Under the pieces are notes generated by a model. That model had not been told where the DNA came from. It did not search any database and saw nothing but the letters and a program-made list of their open reading frames with translations. From Lobosporangium transversale (lineage: Eukaryota), in contig NW_019028982.1 of assembly GCF_002105155.1 (NCBI RefSeq), positions 1,240,001 through 1,304,000 of the forward strand: 64,000 nucleotides of DNA, written 5' to 3'. Positions 63,680 to 64,000 of the stretch are shown here, one piece after another (positions within the stretch are counted from its first letter, which is position 1; the number at the start of each line of letters is the position of its first letter). The translations under genes were made by a program, and so were the position numbers.

Positions 63680-64000
63680 GAAAGAAATCCAGAGCTTGGC
63701 AAAAGAGAGGGCTATTGTTGACGCAGGCTTTGGGACATGATAATGCTCAGCCTTGATTGTCAGATAAAGAAAAAAAAAAAAAAAAAAAAAAACAAGGCTA
63801 AACAGTAAATTCGCAGTTGACGGGGCTTTCTCGTAACAGGGTTGGAAGGTTCTGGTGTGGCAATGTCTTCCTAGAATACAGGCATATACAAGGAAGATTA
63901 GCTTGCTAAAAACCCAAGGGGATTGATATAATTCATACCGACCTGACCTGATACTTGTAAAATGACTCTACGCTTCATTCACCGTTTTTCGCTCATCAAT

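Noticed and set aside
1..64000. tRNA/rRNA genes and poly-K/poly-F short ORFs
   Set aside because: No cloverleaf or rRNA signature noticed; K/F runs are translations of homopolymer tracts.

Overview
Intron-rich eukaryotic DNA with GT-AG introns and many 15-30 nt poly-A/T runs. It is most likely an early-diverging fungus of the Mortierellaceae type (inferred from gene families, not verified). Conserved genes are an Artemis/SNM1 nuclease, class I CPD photolyase, pyridoxal kinase, UGGT, NSE1, Cnl2/Nkp2, PTRHD1, Hpc2/ubinuclein and Rsc1/polybromo. Accessory content lies between them: two fatty acyl-CoA reductase paralogs with a nearly identical 5' part and divergent 3' part, two inverted coiled-coil/LRR paralogs, a decayed long-TIR Tc1-like element and three tandem membrane proteins with PY motifs. 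The main find is on the minus strand at ~41.0-43.1 kb: a decayed Fanzor (eukaryotic TnpB-like RNA-guided nuclease). It keeps all three RuvC acidic residues, a zinc finger, an intron and a C-terminal NLS-like motif, and its last exon is absent from the ORF track. About 380 nt downstream is a Helitron-type 3' end (hairpin + CTAG|T), and the intervening sequence is a candidate omega-RNA locus. Exon boundaries were read by eye and no database searches were run.
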